From positions 1 through 64,000 of IMG/VR virus record IMGVR_UViG_3300026533_000002: 64,000 nucleotides of DNA; one strand, 5' to 3'. This DNA is from a virus. The notes below the pieces were generated by a model. That model made no database searches. It had not been told where the DNA came from and saw only the letters and a program-made list of their open reading frames with translations. The position numbers and the translations under genes are program-made. This document shows, one piece after another, positions 30,941-40,918 of this stretch. Positions within the stretch are counted from its first letter, which is position 1. Each line of letters begins with the position of its first letter.

Positions 30941-31398
30941 AATAACTCTATAGGAGTAATTGGCTCTGGTCGAGGTACTTTAGAGTATAGGGCTTCCATA
31001 TCCTCTTCAGTATAGACTTCTGTTAGTAAGTCCTCTTCTAGCTCAGGTAGTACGCCAAGACTTTCAAGTGCCTTGCGAGTATACCTAGCATTATCTCTAC
31101 TAGTAGTTTTTAATCTACTACGCTCAATAGCAGCATCACCTATAAGATAGATTAATGTAGTAGCATTTAACCTATGTACCTCCAAGAAACCAGCATATAC
31201 AAGTTCCCTTTTAGCTTCTTGATAACTCCTAGTACTTATTTTTAGACTACTAGCTAGAGTATCATCTGATAAATCTGAAGAGTCTACTTTAACTAACTTG
31301 CCTAATACCTTAACAGCTAGTTTACTGTAATTATTACGGTTAAGCCACTTCTTAGCTGTAGCTACATTTATACCTTTACTATCTTTTATGTACTTCAT
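30937..31398 (-). CDS. winged-helix DNA-binding protein
   Basis: LASSLKISTRSYQEAKRELVYAGFL wHTH-like; AAGGA SD and TATAAT upstream. Confidence 0.6.
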   Translation of the reverse strand: MKYIKDSKGINVATAKKWLNRNNYSKLAVKVLGKLVKVDSSDLSDDTLASSLKISTRSYQEAKRELVYAGFLEVHRLNATTLIYLIGDAAIERSRLKTTSRDNARYTRKALESLGVLPELEEDLLTEVYTEEDMEALYSKVPRPEPITPIELF

Positions 31399-31587
31399 AC
31401 TAAATCCTTTAGGTTTATTATATTGTACATAGGCTTAAATATACCTTGCACCGTATCGTCTCCGACTCTACCTTCGCTTCGCTCAGTTACCTATAAAGAA
31501 GACGCAAAAATACACCTGTTGAAACTGCTTGAAACATCGGTGTGCAGGTGGTTTGCGCGTGTACAATTTTTACAGTATACTAGTTAG

Positions 31588-32181
31588 CTATTGCATAACA
31601 ATCTGCTCACTTACACTAGGAAAGGTTTCCTTAAACTCACATACAGTAGCCTTTCCAAGATATAACATATCAAGCAAATCGCCGCTGATTACTAGCAAGT
31701 ATCCACTGTACATGAGTTCGTTCCTATAAAGTTTTAACTGCCTACTAGATAACTTAAGTTCAGGTACACATTCGGTTGAACTCCAGTCAAACCTGTAATC
31801 CCTACCATAGTAATAGATAAGAAGTTTAAAAGCTCCAGAAGATAGTTCCTTCAACCCTGATAGGATATCCTCAGACGGGATTGACGTTACGGGATGTCCA
31901 TAAGTAGCCAGAATATGCTCTTGCTCAGACTCAGGTAAATAAAACCATTCGCCGCGTAAGTTGTCTTTGCTGTACTTCTCGTGTAGAAATGATTCCAACT
32001 CCAACGCGTCTGTCTCTGACTTACAACCCATAACACCAATTATATGCAGTTCAACAGGATTTGCTGTTTGTAAATTTGAAAGCCTAGCATTAACGTCATT
32101 AGACTTACCAATTTTTACAGTAGTATCGTAACCTATTAAGTACACGTAAGATTTAAATCCAAAAATTGACTTAGTCTTCAT
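31588..32181 (-). CDS. GIY-YIG (T5orf172-like) domain plus C-terminal wHTH protein
   Basis: YVYLI…VKIGKSNDVNARLSNLQTANP…LESFLH…GEWF; start set at MKTKS (32181), just after the upstream stop. Confidence 0.8.
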   Translation of the reverse strand: MKTKSIFGFKSYVYLIGYDTTVKIGKSNDVNARLSNLQTANPVELHIIGVMGCKSETDALELESFLHEKYSKDNLRGEWFYLPESEQEHILATYGHPVTSIPSEDILSGLKELSSGAFKLLIYYYGRDYRFDWSSTECVPELKLSSRQLKLYRNELMYSGYLLVISGDLLDMLYLGKATVCEFKETFPSVSEQIVMQ

Positions 32182-32182
32182 T

Positions 32183-32377
32183 CTAGCCAACTCTCTTATC
32201 AAACTTATCAGGATTATCAATCTCATCAGTATTATGTAGCCATACATAAGCACCTATAGCAACTAATGCTATTAATGGCGTTAAGAAGTACATAATAGCT
32301 ATAATACTTACTATTAAGAATATAGCTACTGGCAATGCTAGTAAGACACTAATTAGTTCTCTCATTATAGTCTCCAC
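32183..32377 (-). CDS. small membrane protein
   Basis: Long hydrophobic stretch; real start may be MRELIS at 32365. Confidence 0.65.
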   Translation of the reverse strand: METIMRELISVLLALPVAIFLIVSIIAIMYFLTPLIALVAIGAYVWLHNTDEIDNPDKFDKRVG

Positions 32378-33846
32378 CCAGCTAACCCAGTCTTTTCTTT
32401 GAGTAAGTCAGTACCTTTTAAAGTATGACGAGCTCTAGTAATAGCTACATAATATAGCTTTAACTCAGTCTCAGCTTCAGCCTTCTGTTTAGGTGTACCT
32501 GATATTTGCCATCTAAGGGCTCTGTCTACTGTAGTGTCTACATCAGGTGCTAATACTACTGTATCAGCCTCCAAACCTTTAGAGGAATGGCAGCTAGTAC
32601 ACACTAGAGTAGTAGGAGTGTTCAGATTCTTATCTACAAAAGCCTTAAGCTTAAGTAATCTAGCAGCATTGTTCTTAAGCACTACATTAACACCCCTAAC
32701 AATCTCTTCATCATACTTTAGTTCAGCCTTTATATACTCTAATAGAGACTCATGATTAGCCTTTATATAAGGATTAGTATTCCATGAGTTACGGTACTTC
32801 TCTAGTAACTTATACTGGTGTACCTTAATAGGCTCACCATTATCTAAGTTAGCTAGTACTAATGGGAGCTCTAGTATAGTGTCTATCTTACGAGTAGTCT
32901 TAAAGGCTTTACCTTTATCCATATTCCTAAGCATCTCAGCTACTAAAGAACCATTAGTTCTAGCTATATACATAGTGGAGTTGGTAGTAACTTTAGAGTA
33001 CTTGAATCCTCTAAATACAAACTCTTTATCAACATTAGTTCTCATAAAGGACTCAACTTTCTTAGCTAGTGGTTCTGATACTCTAAATGATTGAGTAAGG
33101 TTAACAGTAGTACCTACATCTTTAAAGTAATCAAAGGCATTAGTACAGAACATAAATGTAAAGATAGCTTGATGTGGGTCACCTACTATAATCTTAGTAT
33201 CAGCCTTTAATAGTTTAAACACTTCTATTGTAAGATTAGTTAAGTCACCTGCCTCATCTATCATAAGTAAATCATACCTAGGTACTTTAATCTCACCTAG
33301 TCCTAGCATAATATGAAAGAACTTAAGGTAGAAGCTATGAGTACATTTAATTACACCAGTAGCCATTAAGTCTAAGTGTTCATCTACACTATCTATAACA
33401 TACTGTTTAGCATTGGTTGTAGCGAAGTAAGACTCTGAATCAGTATAACCTGATAATAAGAATTCTTCTAAGTGTTTGATTATAACTTTCCTTTCCCCAT
33501 AGTTAAGCCTACCTCTAAGGTCTCTAGCATTGAAGAAGCCTACATCTAACCCATACTGTCTTACTGTATATTTATAAGCTAGTGAATGTATAGTGCTACA
33601 CTCTGTATTACTAGGGAACTTAGTAGATGACTCATCAGCCATAGCTTTACTAAATGTAAGGTATAGCTGTTTAGAGCTGGGCCCAAAGCGTTCAGCTATC
33701 TCAGTTATACTGGTAGTTTTACTGCTACCACTGACTGCTGATACTTTTACAAAGTTTACATTAGGATCTAATGCTGTATCAAACAGGTGTAGTTGTTCCT
33801 TAGTCCAGTCAAAGCCTTCTTTACTCTTAGTTAACGATCTTGTCAT
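32365..33846 (-). CDS. UvrD/Rep-like SF1 DNA helicase
   Basis: AVSGSSKTT (Walker A variant), STIHSLAY, IDEAGD, VGDPHQAIF, LTQSFR, HSSKGLE, YVAITRA. Confidence 0.9.
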   Translation of the reverse strand: MTRSLTKSKEGFDWTKEQLHLFDTALDPNVNFVKVSAVSGSSKTTSITEIAERFGPSSKQLYLTFSKAMADESSTKFPSNTECSTIHSLAYKYTVRQYGLDVGFFNARDLRGRLNYGERKVIIKHLEEFLLSGYTDSESYFATTNAKQYVIDSVDEHLDLMATGVIKCTHSFYLKFFHIMLGLGEIKVPRYDLLMIDEAGDLTNLTIEVFKLLKADTKIIVGDPHQAIFTFMFCTNAFDYFKDVGTTVNLTQSFRVSEPLAKKVESFMRTNVDKEFVFRGFKYSKVTTNSTMYIARTNGSLVAEMLRNMDKGKAFKTTRKIDTILELPLVLANLDNGEPIKVHQYKLLEKYRNSWNTNPYIKANHESLLEYIKAELKYDEEIVRGVNVVLKNNAARLLKLKAFVDKNLNTPTTLVCTSCHSSKGLEADTVVLAPDVDTTVDRALRWQISGTPKQKAEAETELKLYYVAITRARHTLKGTDLLKEKTGLAGWRL

Positions 33847-33893
33847 CTTATTCCTTAGTAATACTACTATAAGCCTAGCTTATAATAATTATA

Positions 33894-34064
33894 TTATTTA
33901 TTTATATTAAGTCTATCAAAGACCCAATTCATATACATACCTCTTAAGGCAACTTCAGCTTGGTAAGCTTCTCTTTGAGCCATAGCTCTACTTGTAATAG
34001 TAATAGCTCTTATGTTCTCTGCGTTTATAACTAATGGGTTACCTTGTGTGTTATTGTCTTGCAT
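33894..34064 (-). CDS. small hypothetical protein (56 aa, not in ORF track)
   Basis: MQDNNTQGNPLVINAENIRAITITSRAMAQREAYQAEVALRGMYMNWVFDRLNINK*; AGGAG SD; fills the gap. Confidence 0.6.
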   Translation of the reverse strand: MQDNNTQGNPLVINAENIRAITITSRAMAQREAYQAEVALRGMYMNWVFDRLNINK

Positions 34065-34566
34065 CTAATATCTCCTGTAATTTAGCTTCAGGGCCTACCC
34101 ATCCACTTGGTTTAGTTTGTTTACCTGACTCATCTACTGGAGCATCTAATTTAGCCATATTAGCTTCAGATACTACTTTAAACATACTATCAATTTGATC
34201 AACTGTTAAACCCATCTTAGCTAGTTTACCTATATTGTAAACAACTATATCTATAGACTTATCAACCTCTTGTACATCAGTTAGAGGAGGTACATCAAAC
34301 TTTAATGCCCCTTCTTTCAATGCATTAGCAAGACTTAGCCCTAACTGTCTAGAAGTAGGGTAATATGGGTCACCTGGTTTAAAAGGATTACCATTAGCGT
34401 CTAATGTATTGTAACACTCTTCAAACCCTTCGAAGCACTCTTCTAAAGTGTAGCTGAGTTCATTAAAGGAATCCATTGGCTTATCTAGGAAACCTGCCTT
34501 AGAATTAAACTCATAGATATCTTGTATTAAACTAGATGTCAAGTTTAAGAGCCTCTGATACAGCAT
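34051..34566 (-). CDS. MazG / PRA-PH-like nucleoside triphosphate pyrophosphohydrolase
   Basis: EECFE…VDKSIDIVVYNIG…VSEANMAK…GKQTKPSGWVGPE. Confidence 0.8.
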   Translation of the reverse strand: MLYQRLLNLTSSLIQDIYEFNSKAGFLDKPMDSFNELSYTLEECFEGFEECYNTLDANGNPFKPGDPYYPTSRQLGLSLANALKEGALKFDVPPLTDVQEVDKSIDIVVYNIGKLAKMGLTVDQIDSMFKVVSEANMAKLDAPVDESGKQTKPSGWVGPEAKLQEILDARQ

Positions 34567-34864
34567 GAACTAAAGTATTTAATTCATTAGCATTAGAAAT
34601 ATCTCTTTCACCAGTAATAACTGCATCAAGATACTTGTTAATAACTATTGACATCTTAGTCTCAATACATAAAGTATCTAAGTCAATTACTTCTGAGTCA
34701 CACTCACTACAATCTTGGCTCTCTTCTTTATTACGTTCTTCATTAGAAGTATTAGGTTGCAAGTCTTTCACTAAGTCATTTACCATATCTTCTAGGCTAG
34801 AGTACTTTGAAGTTGCTTCTCTGATACTACCTTTTAACATTTCCATTAATTCTTTTTCTGTCAT
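34532..34864 (-). CDS. hypothetical protein
   Basis: 110-aa ORF, AAGGA SD. Confidence 0.65.
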   Translation of the reverse strand: MTEKELMEMLKGSIREATSKYSSLEDMVNDLVKDLQPNTSNEERNKEESQDCSECDSEVIDLDTLCIETKMSIVINKYLDAVITGERDISNANELNTLVHAVSEALKLDI

Positions 34865-34874
34865 TTGTATTCCT

Positions 34875-35492
34875 TTATTTGTTTTTACGTTTAGCAGCTA
34901 TCTCTTCTAATAACACTAAGTTATCGTCTTCTTTAGCTATTAGTCTCTCTCTAACTTCACTACTACTTAACCAGATATCTTCATCATTAATGATTGCTTC
35001 TATCTCTTCGGTAGTGAAGAAACCTTCATGTACTTCTTTGAATGAAGATGCTAACTCTCTAGACATAAACTCCATCTGAGATTTAATCTCCCCACCCTTA
35101 CCTTGAACTCCTCCACTATAGTTATGGGATAACCAAGACAAATGATCACCTACAGTAATTCTATCACAAGATAAAGCTATAATTGTAGATATGGAAGCTA
35201 CTGTACCAGTAATGTAAGCTTCTACATGGGCTTTACTAGCTTTAACAGCATTGATTAACATAAAGCCTGAATCAACAAAGCCACCACCATTATTTATATG
35301 GATAGTAAATGTATCATGTCTATCTGCATTTAATAAGGCTGCATACACCTTAGTATACTCAGCAGGAGCTTCTATACTGTCATGGAGGTATACATCTGTA
35401 TGATGACCTTTAGTTATTTGAGGGACATAATCGTCCCATACTGTATGAGGTTTGGTAGTACTACCACATTGCTCTACAACTCTTTCTTCCAT
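34875..35492 (-). CDS. ClpP-like (S14) protease
   Basis: IHINNGGG.V..G, G.VASISTIIAL, SHNYSGG, DIWLSSSE. Confidence 0.85.
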   Translation of the reverse strand: MEERVVEQCGSTTKPHTVWDDYVPQITKGHHTDVYLHDSIEAPAEYTKVYAALLNADRHDTFTIHINNGGGFVDSGFMLINAVKASKAHVEAYITGTVASISTIIALSCDRITVGDHLSWLSHNYSGGVQGKGGEIKSQMEFMSRELASSFKEVHEGFFTTEEIEAIINDEDIWLSSSEVRERLIAKEDDNLVLLEEIAAKRKNK

Positions 35493-35613
35493 CCATTTCC
35501 TTTATAATTTATACGTTACATACAACGTTTTAAGTACTGTATTAGCTACGATCACTAGTTATAGCAGTAAGACTACCGATAACTATTATCGCGGCTTATA
35601 GAGCAAGTATAGG

Positions 35614-36705
35614 TTATTCCACAGCTTCACCTTTACTATCTACAGCTCTAAACATAAGACCAACTGGCTTTAACGGTTTATTATCCTTACTGTAACGTTC
35701 GAACTCAACCTTTAAATACTTGCCAATGTTGTTAGGAGCCTCTTCAGCGTCTTTCAACCTATCTTCAGCACTACCTTTCCTCTTACAAGAGAACGTAGCT
35801 CCTTGACCTGTTATCAGCTCATATACAACGTGTTTATTCTTATCCAGCTTAAACCCTACTACTTTGAACTCTTCATCCATAGCTTTCTTGAACTTAAACA
35901 CATCTAATGATCTAGTATTGTATTTGTATAGCCCTTTAGAGTTACGAACAATCAAACCTTCATAACCTGCTACGATAGCTTGATTAAATTGCATTTCTAT
36001 ATCATCTTCATCGTAAGCAGCTCCAACCATAACTAATGGTATATTCGGAGTGTCAGCTTTAGCAGATAAGTCATACATAGCTTTACACCTAGTAGCGTAG
36101 TCACCTTCAACTTCGGGGAAGTCAAACACATAGAACTTTAGCTGTTTAGTTAACTCGTTAGGCTTCTTAACAGCAGATGTTATATCTTGTAGATATTCTC
36201 CATGAATGTAAAGCTCTCCATTAATAGAGTTAGTGCCTAATACTTCTAAAAGCTCTAGAACTTCTGCTCTGTGCTGTTCAGGAATACAATACTCTTCACC
36301 ACCTCTTGATAGAAGCTTAAGCTTTCCATCTACTAATCTATATTCCCCATTAATACCGTCCAGCTTGACACTAGTATAACAAGGGAATACCACTTTACTC
36401 TTATGCTTTACATACTCATTAACCTTCATAGGTAATAATACTGTAGGAGTAGAGTCTCTATCAATAGAGTAACCACTCTTAAGCTTTTTAGCATGTACTG
36501 ACTGAGCTTCTGCTAGAGCTTGTTGTTCGGGAGTAGTCTCATTCTTCTTACCTACATTCTTACTAAAACATTCAGTAGTTTTAGATTGGAACTTGCCGTC
36601 AACTTTACCCCATTCAACAGTATAAGTATTATCTTCTACTGTTATTCTAAACTCTTGAGTAGAGCCTTTAGCGTTAGTCTTGTATAATATTTGTAATGCT
36701 ACTAT
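35614..36705 (-). CDS. ATP-dependent DNA ligase (extended 92 codons to an ATA start)
   Basis: KLDG, NGELY, FYVFD, EGLIVR, KFK motifs; the open upstream frame encodes LYKTNAKG…EWG..DGK…KNVGKKNETTPEQQA…KKLKSGY, typical of phage ligase N-termini; ATA at 36705 follows AAGGA. Confidence 0.88.
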   Translation of the reverse strand: MVALQILYKTNAKGSTQEFRITVEDNTYTVEWGKVDGKFQSKTTECFSKNVGKKNETTPEQQALAEAQSVHAKKLKSGYSIDRDSTPTVLLPMKVNEYVKHKSKVVFPCYTSVKLDGINGEYRLVDGKLKLLSRGGEEYCIPEQHRAEVLELLEVLGTNSINGELYIHGEYLQDITSAVKKPNELTKQLKFYVFDFPEVEGDYATRCKAMYDLSAKADTPNIPLVMVGAAYDEDDIEMQFNQAIVAGYEGLIVRNSKGLYKYNTRSLDVFKFKKAMDEEFKVVGFKLDKNKHVVYELITGQGATFSCKRKGSAEDRLKDAEEAPNNIGKYLKVEFERYSKDNKPLKPVGLMFRAVDSKGEAVE

Positions 36706-36824
36706 GATTTATCCTTTACTGTTTCTTTATACCATCTAGATTGAATTCTGTAATTAAGCACAGAAGCTATAGACCCAGCCATTATAAATGGCAAAGCTAT
36801 TATGTAGTATGTACTACAAGTCAT
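36702..36824 (-). CDS. small membrane protein (40 aa, not in ORF track)
   Basis: MTCSTYYIIALPFIMAGSIASVLNYRIQSRWYKETVKDKS*; ATGA overlap with the upstream gene and ATAG overlap with the ligase. Confidence 0.6.
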   Translation of the reverse strand: MTCSTYYIIALPFIMAGSIASVLNYRIQSRWYKETVKDKS

Positions 36825-37162
36825 CTGTAACTCCACTCTATACCAGCTATATTCCAATAGTTATGAATTGTAACTTCATTGTATTGAGATTCGATAGAGT
36901 TTAGTACATCTAAGTACCTAGTGTATGCAGCTATCTTAACATCATCAGAGTCATTCTGACCTTTCTCTCTACTGTGGTACTTATATATTGCTACACGGCA
37001 ATAACCTACCATATCTCTTACAGAGTAAATCTTCTCCATCTTTTCAATAGTAGACTCTTCTCCGTTATCATAATGTTTATTAAGTAACTCTCCATTCTCA
37101 TCAAGAGTTAGTACAGGGTGTAACTTAGGCATTAGTACTCTCATCAAATCTGCTAAGGTCAT
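36821..37162 (-). CDS. DUF3310-like (T7 gp1.7 / SaV-like) protein
   Basis: KHYDNGEESTIE…GYC…IYKY..R.KGQ…D..K..Y pattern; real start possibly 37132. Confidence 0.65.
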   Translation of the reverse strand: MTLADLMRVLMPKLHPVLTLDENGELLNKHYDNGEESTIEKMEKIYSVRDMVGYCRVAIYKYHSREKGQNDSDDVKIAAYTRYLDVLNSIESQYNEVTIHNYWNIAGIEWSYR

Positions 37163-38147
37163 CTTGTATAGTGCCTTTAGAATACTGAGTACTCTTCATC
37201 TCTTGCTGAGAAACTTGCTTGTTATTTGGATTCCTAGCATGATTGAACCAGTCCACAAAGCTATCTGGTTTTATAGTTTCAATATCCTTGTAACCTATAT
37301 CTCTTAAAGCCTTATTATGAGAGTACCTAATGAAGTTCTCGCCAATAGCTTTGTTATATCCAGGTATTGGACCATCTTTCTGCAGATACTCATTCCAAAG
37401 TAACTCTTGTTCTAGTACCTTGTCTGCTATCTCTTTAACTAGCTCAACATCAAAACCATACTGTTTAATAGCTAACTTTATAGCTATACTATTAGTAGGT
37501 ACATGGATCTCAAGCTCTTCTTCAGATATTCTACTAATTAGCTGAGCAAAACCGTTAATGGCATTACCTGAGCCTTTATTTATAGATAAAGTAACAAAGA
37601 AACTAAATGGAAATTTAACTCTTTCAAGTATGTATGTAGCTACAACTAGCTTAAATATGTTAATAGGGGACGGATCCTCTATGACAGCACTTAAGTAATC
37701 TATCTCAGAATCTAACCTCCTACTAACAACTGGATCTGCTTCAACTTCATTAATAACTCTTGTAGCATCCGACCCAAACATTTGAACTAGTCCATCAGAG
37801 TATGAAGTAGCATGAATAGTTTCAGTGAAACCTATCTGTGTGTAGGACAATGCTAAGTCAGCACTGTAGGTATGCTGAGCTAGTCTACTATAGACGCCAA
37901 CAACTTCACTATCCATAAGTGTTTGATATCCGTTATTTAAGATAAACATACGCTGCTGTGTTTCTGTCATAGTTTTAAACCCTAAGCTATCCTTAGAGAA
38001 ATCTACCATTTTGGTAGTCCAAAATAAGGCTAGGGATGATTCCCATAACCTTCTTAAATCAGGGTACTCTACTGTATCAGTACGTAAGAATACTCCATCA
38101 CCTTTGTAATTATCAAATATATTCAAATTATGCTCCACAAGAATCAC
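37125..38147 (-). CDS. nrdB: ribonucleotide reductase class Ia beta subunit
   Basis: QTLMDS, ETIHATSY, ILERVKFPFSF, ISEEELEIH; C-terminal QQEMKSTQY; real start probably TTG 38126. Confidence 0.9.
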   Translation of the reverse strand: MILVEHNLNIFDNYKGDGVFLRTDTVEYPDLRRLWESSLALFWTTKMVDFSKDSLGFKTMTETQQRMFILNNGYQTLMDSEVVGVYSRLAQHTYSADLALSYTQIGFTETIHATSYSDGLVQMFGSDATRVINEVEADPVVSRRLDSEIDYLSAVIEDPSPINIFKLVVATYILERVKFPFSFFVTLSINKGSGNAINGFAQLISRISEEELEIHVPTNSIAIKLAIKQYGFDVELVKEIADKVLEQELLWNEYLQKDGPIPGYNKAIGENFIRYSHNKALRDIGYKDIETIKPDSFVDWFNHARNPNNKQVSQQEMKSTQYSKGTIQDDLSRFDESTNA

Positions 38148-40713
38148 ATTGTTCAGCTATAGCTGTAGAAGATTGTAAGTAGTAAAGAGATAATAGCCCT
38201 AACTCTTCAGCTAAGATTATATCACTTATAATATCATAGGCACTATCAGAGTTACTCATGTAAGTATTTACTGATTGTCCTTGAGCCATTTCACCAAGAC
38301 ACTCTTGTCTTATAGCTGCTAACGAGTACAGTGCTTTAGTAGGTATATCACCTGCTATAGAGTACTTAGAACCGAGAGAACTTAGTTCAGGAGCTAATTG
38401 CTTAGTGGAGTACGTACCTGTTTTTTCAGCCAATAGCTTGCTAACAGGCTCAATACCTTCAGTGGCATTTATTATAAGGCTAGAAGTACTAGTAGGAGCT
38501 ATAGCAAATAAGGTAGCAAAACGAGATGGTACTGACTGAGAAGTTTTATTAAAGAACTGGAAGGATCCTCTAGACTTAGCTAGTAGCCTAGACTCTTCTA
38601 CAAAAACATCTCTCATAGACGAGCTAAGTTCTTTCATGAGCTCTCTAGCTTCTTCACTATCGAAAGGTAAGCCTTTACTAGCAAATAAGTAGGCTAGGTT
38701 ATTCATACCTATACCAATAGCTCTAAATCCTCTATTAAACAACTCTCCATCAGCAGTTGGGTAGTATTGCCATTCAATTAAATTATCAGAACCTTCTAGA
38801 AGTTCTTTAGCTAGTGAATGTTTAGCAGGTGTATCTAGCTTATCCCATGCTGCTACATTTATAGAACTTAAGTTACATAAAGCAGTTAATCCTGTCTCTT
38901 CTATAGTTGTGGTTGTAAACTTACAATCACTCATAGACATGCTTAACTTAGCTTTATTAAACTTAGAAGCTTTAGTTGGTAACATTATCTCTGTACAGTT
39001 ACCAGTCAATACTCCATTAAATACTAATTTATTATTTCTAGGAGAAGTACCGCAATAGATAGGTTGAGAGCCTTCTAGTAATCTAATGCCAGAAATAGTA
39101 CCGCCATTTACAGGTTCTCCAGAATCTGCATCAATGTGTCCTTCAAGTATCATGCCTTTAGTAAGTTCTTTAGTTCTAAACATTTGCCCAGCAGAGTTAT
39201 ACCATTTATGATAGTCCGAGGCTTTAATGGTTACACTTGTATCTCCTGTAGTTACACTGATAGAGTATATTTTATTATAGCCATTATGGGTCTTAAACAA
39301 TGGTGTCTCTACCCACTGTTCTCCATCCCAACACTCAAGTGTCTGACCAGCTACCTCTGAGATAGGTACATTGCCAAACTCTTTTGTAAGTATTTTAGTA
39401 TCTCCAGTTACACACGCGTTACTTGAGTGTATAGTATCATTAAAAGTAGATTGCTCATTAGCATTATCAGAAAAGAATATGTAAATATTACCAGTCTCAG
39501 ATCTTTGCTTAGCTAATTCATATGCTATGGCCCTAGCGCTTATAACTGTCTTAGTAAGCCCGTTATCTATTGCTTGTTGATATAAATCTTCAAACTCAGT
39601 ACCCCAAGTATTTAAGAGTTCAGGTACATCCTTAGGATCGAATAAGTGTACATCAGAACCTGATTCAATAGCTCTTAAGAAGAGTCTATTAACTTTCAAA
39701 GTATACTTAAGATTCCTAGCTCTTTGGTTCTCTTGACCACCTTCATCAAGTAACAGTAGTAAAGACATAATATCAGCATGCCACCATTGATATGTTACTA
39801 TACATATACCAGGACGTGTTCCTGATTGATTAAAACCTTCTACTGCAGCTTGAAACTTTCTAATAAAAGGTATTGGTCCTGATGACACACCTTTAGATCC
39901 AATAGTAGATCCACTAGCTCTAAATGCACTTACATCGGCAGCATTGCCTCCATCATGTCTAGAGTATTGACCTATATCTGAAGTAACTTTGTTTATTGAT
40001 TCAGTATTATCATCTGGCTTATGAACACAGCAAGAAGCACCTTGCATATTAAATGTTAGACTATTCTTCCATTTAGGAGTTGCTTCAGTATACAGTCCGA
40101 GAGATAAATTATCATACCTAGATATAATCTTATCTATTCTAGTAGGACTTTCATCTAGTAAGTAAGACTGTATAGCAAGTCTCATAAAACCATGTTGAAG
40201 TAGTTCATAACTACCATTATGGTTTTTACTATACTTTGAAAAGAATGTTGACATACCTAGGTATGAGGATAACTTATCTCTAGATGGATTTATAGCTTTA
40301 GACAGAGTAGTTAACTCGTCATCAGTAAAGTGTTTAGTAACATCTACGATGATACCTGCATCACTAAACTTCTTAAGTACTTTAGGTAAACTAGGGTAAA
40401 AGTTTCTAGTCATATTCCATGACGACTTATACATCTTCTGAAGGTATAAGTTAAGTAGTACTTTATCGTAAACTGGCGATATTCTAGAGATTAGGTTATA
40501 AGTAGTATCCATAACCTCATCATATAATAAAGCTATTGGTATTCTATCGTATATACGTATTTTAGTTGCTTCTAGTATACTATTAGCTATTACTTCATTC
40601 CCGTCTGCTGCCCATAGTAGCACCTTGTATAATTTATCTGGATTGTATGGTTCAACTTTACCAGAACGTTTAACAACTAAATGTTTTTTAGAGTTTTCTA
40701 ATTCTATTGCCAT
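38128..40713 (-). CDS. nrdA: ribonucleotide reductase class Ia alpha subunit with ATP cone and mini-intein
   Basis: VVKRSG ATP cone, ASCC, NQSGTRPG, SNA[intein]CTEI, CNLSSIN, AIAPTSTSS, SLYY, C-terminal CDSC. Confidence 0.95.
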   Translation of the reverse strand: MAIELENSKKHLVVKRSGKVEPYNPDKLYKVLLWAADGNEVIANSILEATKIRIYDRIPIALLYDEVMDTTYNLISRISPVYDKVLLNLYLQKMYKSSWNMTRNFYPSLPKVLKKFSDAGIIVDVTKHFTDDELTTLSKAINPSRDKLSSYLGMSTFFSKYSKNHNGSYELLQHGFMRLAIQSYLLDESPTRIDKIISRYDNLSLGLYTEATPKWKNSLTFNMQGASCCVHKPDDNTESINKVTSDIGQYSRHDGGNAADVSAFRASGSTIGSKGVSSGPIPFIRKFQAAVEGFNQSGTRPGICIVTYQWWHADIMSLLLLLDEGGQENQRARNLKYTLKVNRLFLRAIESGSDVHLFDPKDVPELLNTWGTEFEDLYQQAIDNGLTKTVISARAIAYELAKQRSETGNIYIFFSDNANEQSTFNDTIHSSNACVTGDTKILTKEFGNVPISEVAGQTLECWDGEQWVETPLFKTHNGYNKIYSISVTTGDTSVTIKASDYHKWYNSAGQMFRTKELTKGMILEGHIDADSGEPVNGGTISGIRLLEGSQPIYCGTSPRNNKLVFNGVLTGNCTEIMLPTKASKFNKAKLSMSMSDCKFTTTTIEETGLTALCNLSSINVAAWDKLDTPAKHSLAKELLEGSDNLIEWQYYPTADGELFNRGFRAIGIGMNNLAYLFASKGLPFDSEEARELMKELSSSMRDVFVEESRLLAKSRGSFQFFNKTSQSVPSRFATLFAIAPTSTSSLIINATEGIEPVSKLLAEKTGTYSTKQLAPELSSLGSKYSIAGDIPTKALYSLAAIRQECLGEMAQGQSVNTYMSNSDSAYDIISDIILAEELGLLSLYYLQSSTAIAEQCDSCGA
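38998..39414 (-). mobile_element. mini-intein (139 aa, no homing endonuclease) in the NrdA active site
   Basis: Starts CVTGDTKILT, block B IKASDYHKW, block F IYCGT, ends FNGVLTGN followed by extein Cys of CTEI. Confidence 0.92.
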
Positions 40714-40918
40714 TCATTGCCCTCCTTGTTTATTTATTAATTTATTATTTAGTATTACTGTAAGGTATCGACCCCTATTTACTATCGTTTAGCAGTAATA
40801 TATTTATTAGTGTATGTAGCACCAAAAGCATAGCTCTCAGCACCTCATACTTTGATGTGAAGGCATAGTTAGCAGTTACACTACAACTAGTACCTTTCAT
40901 TACTTTAAGAGCTTATAC

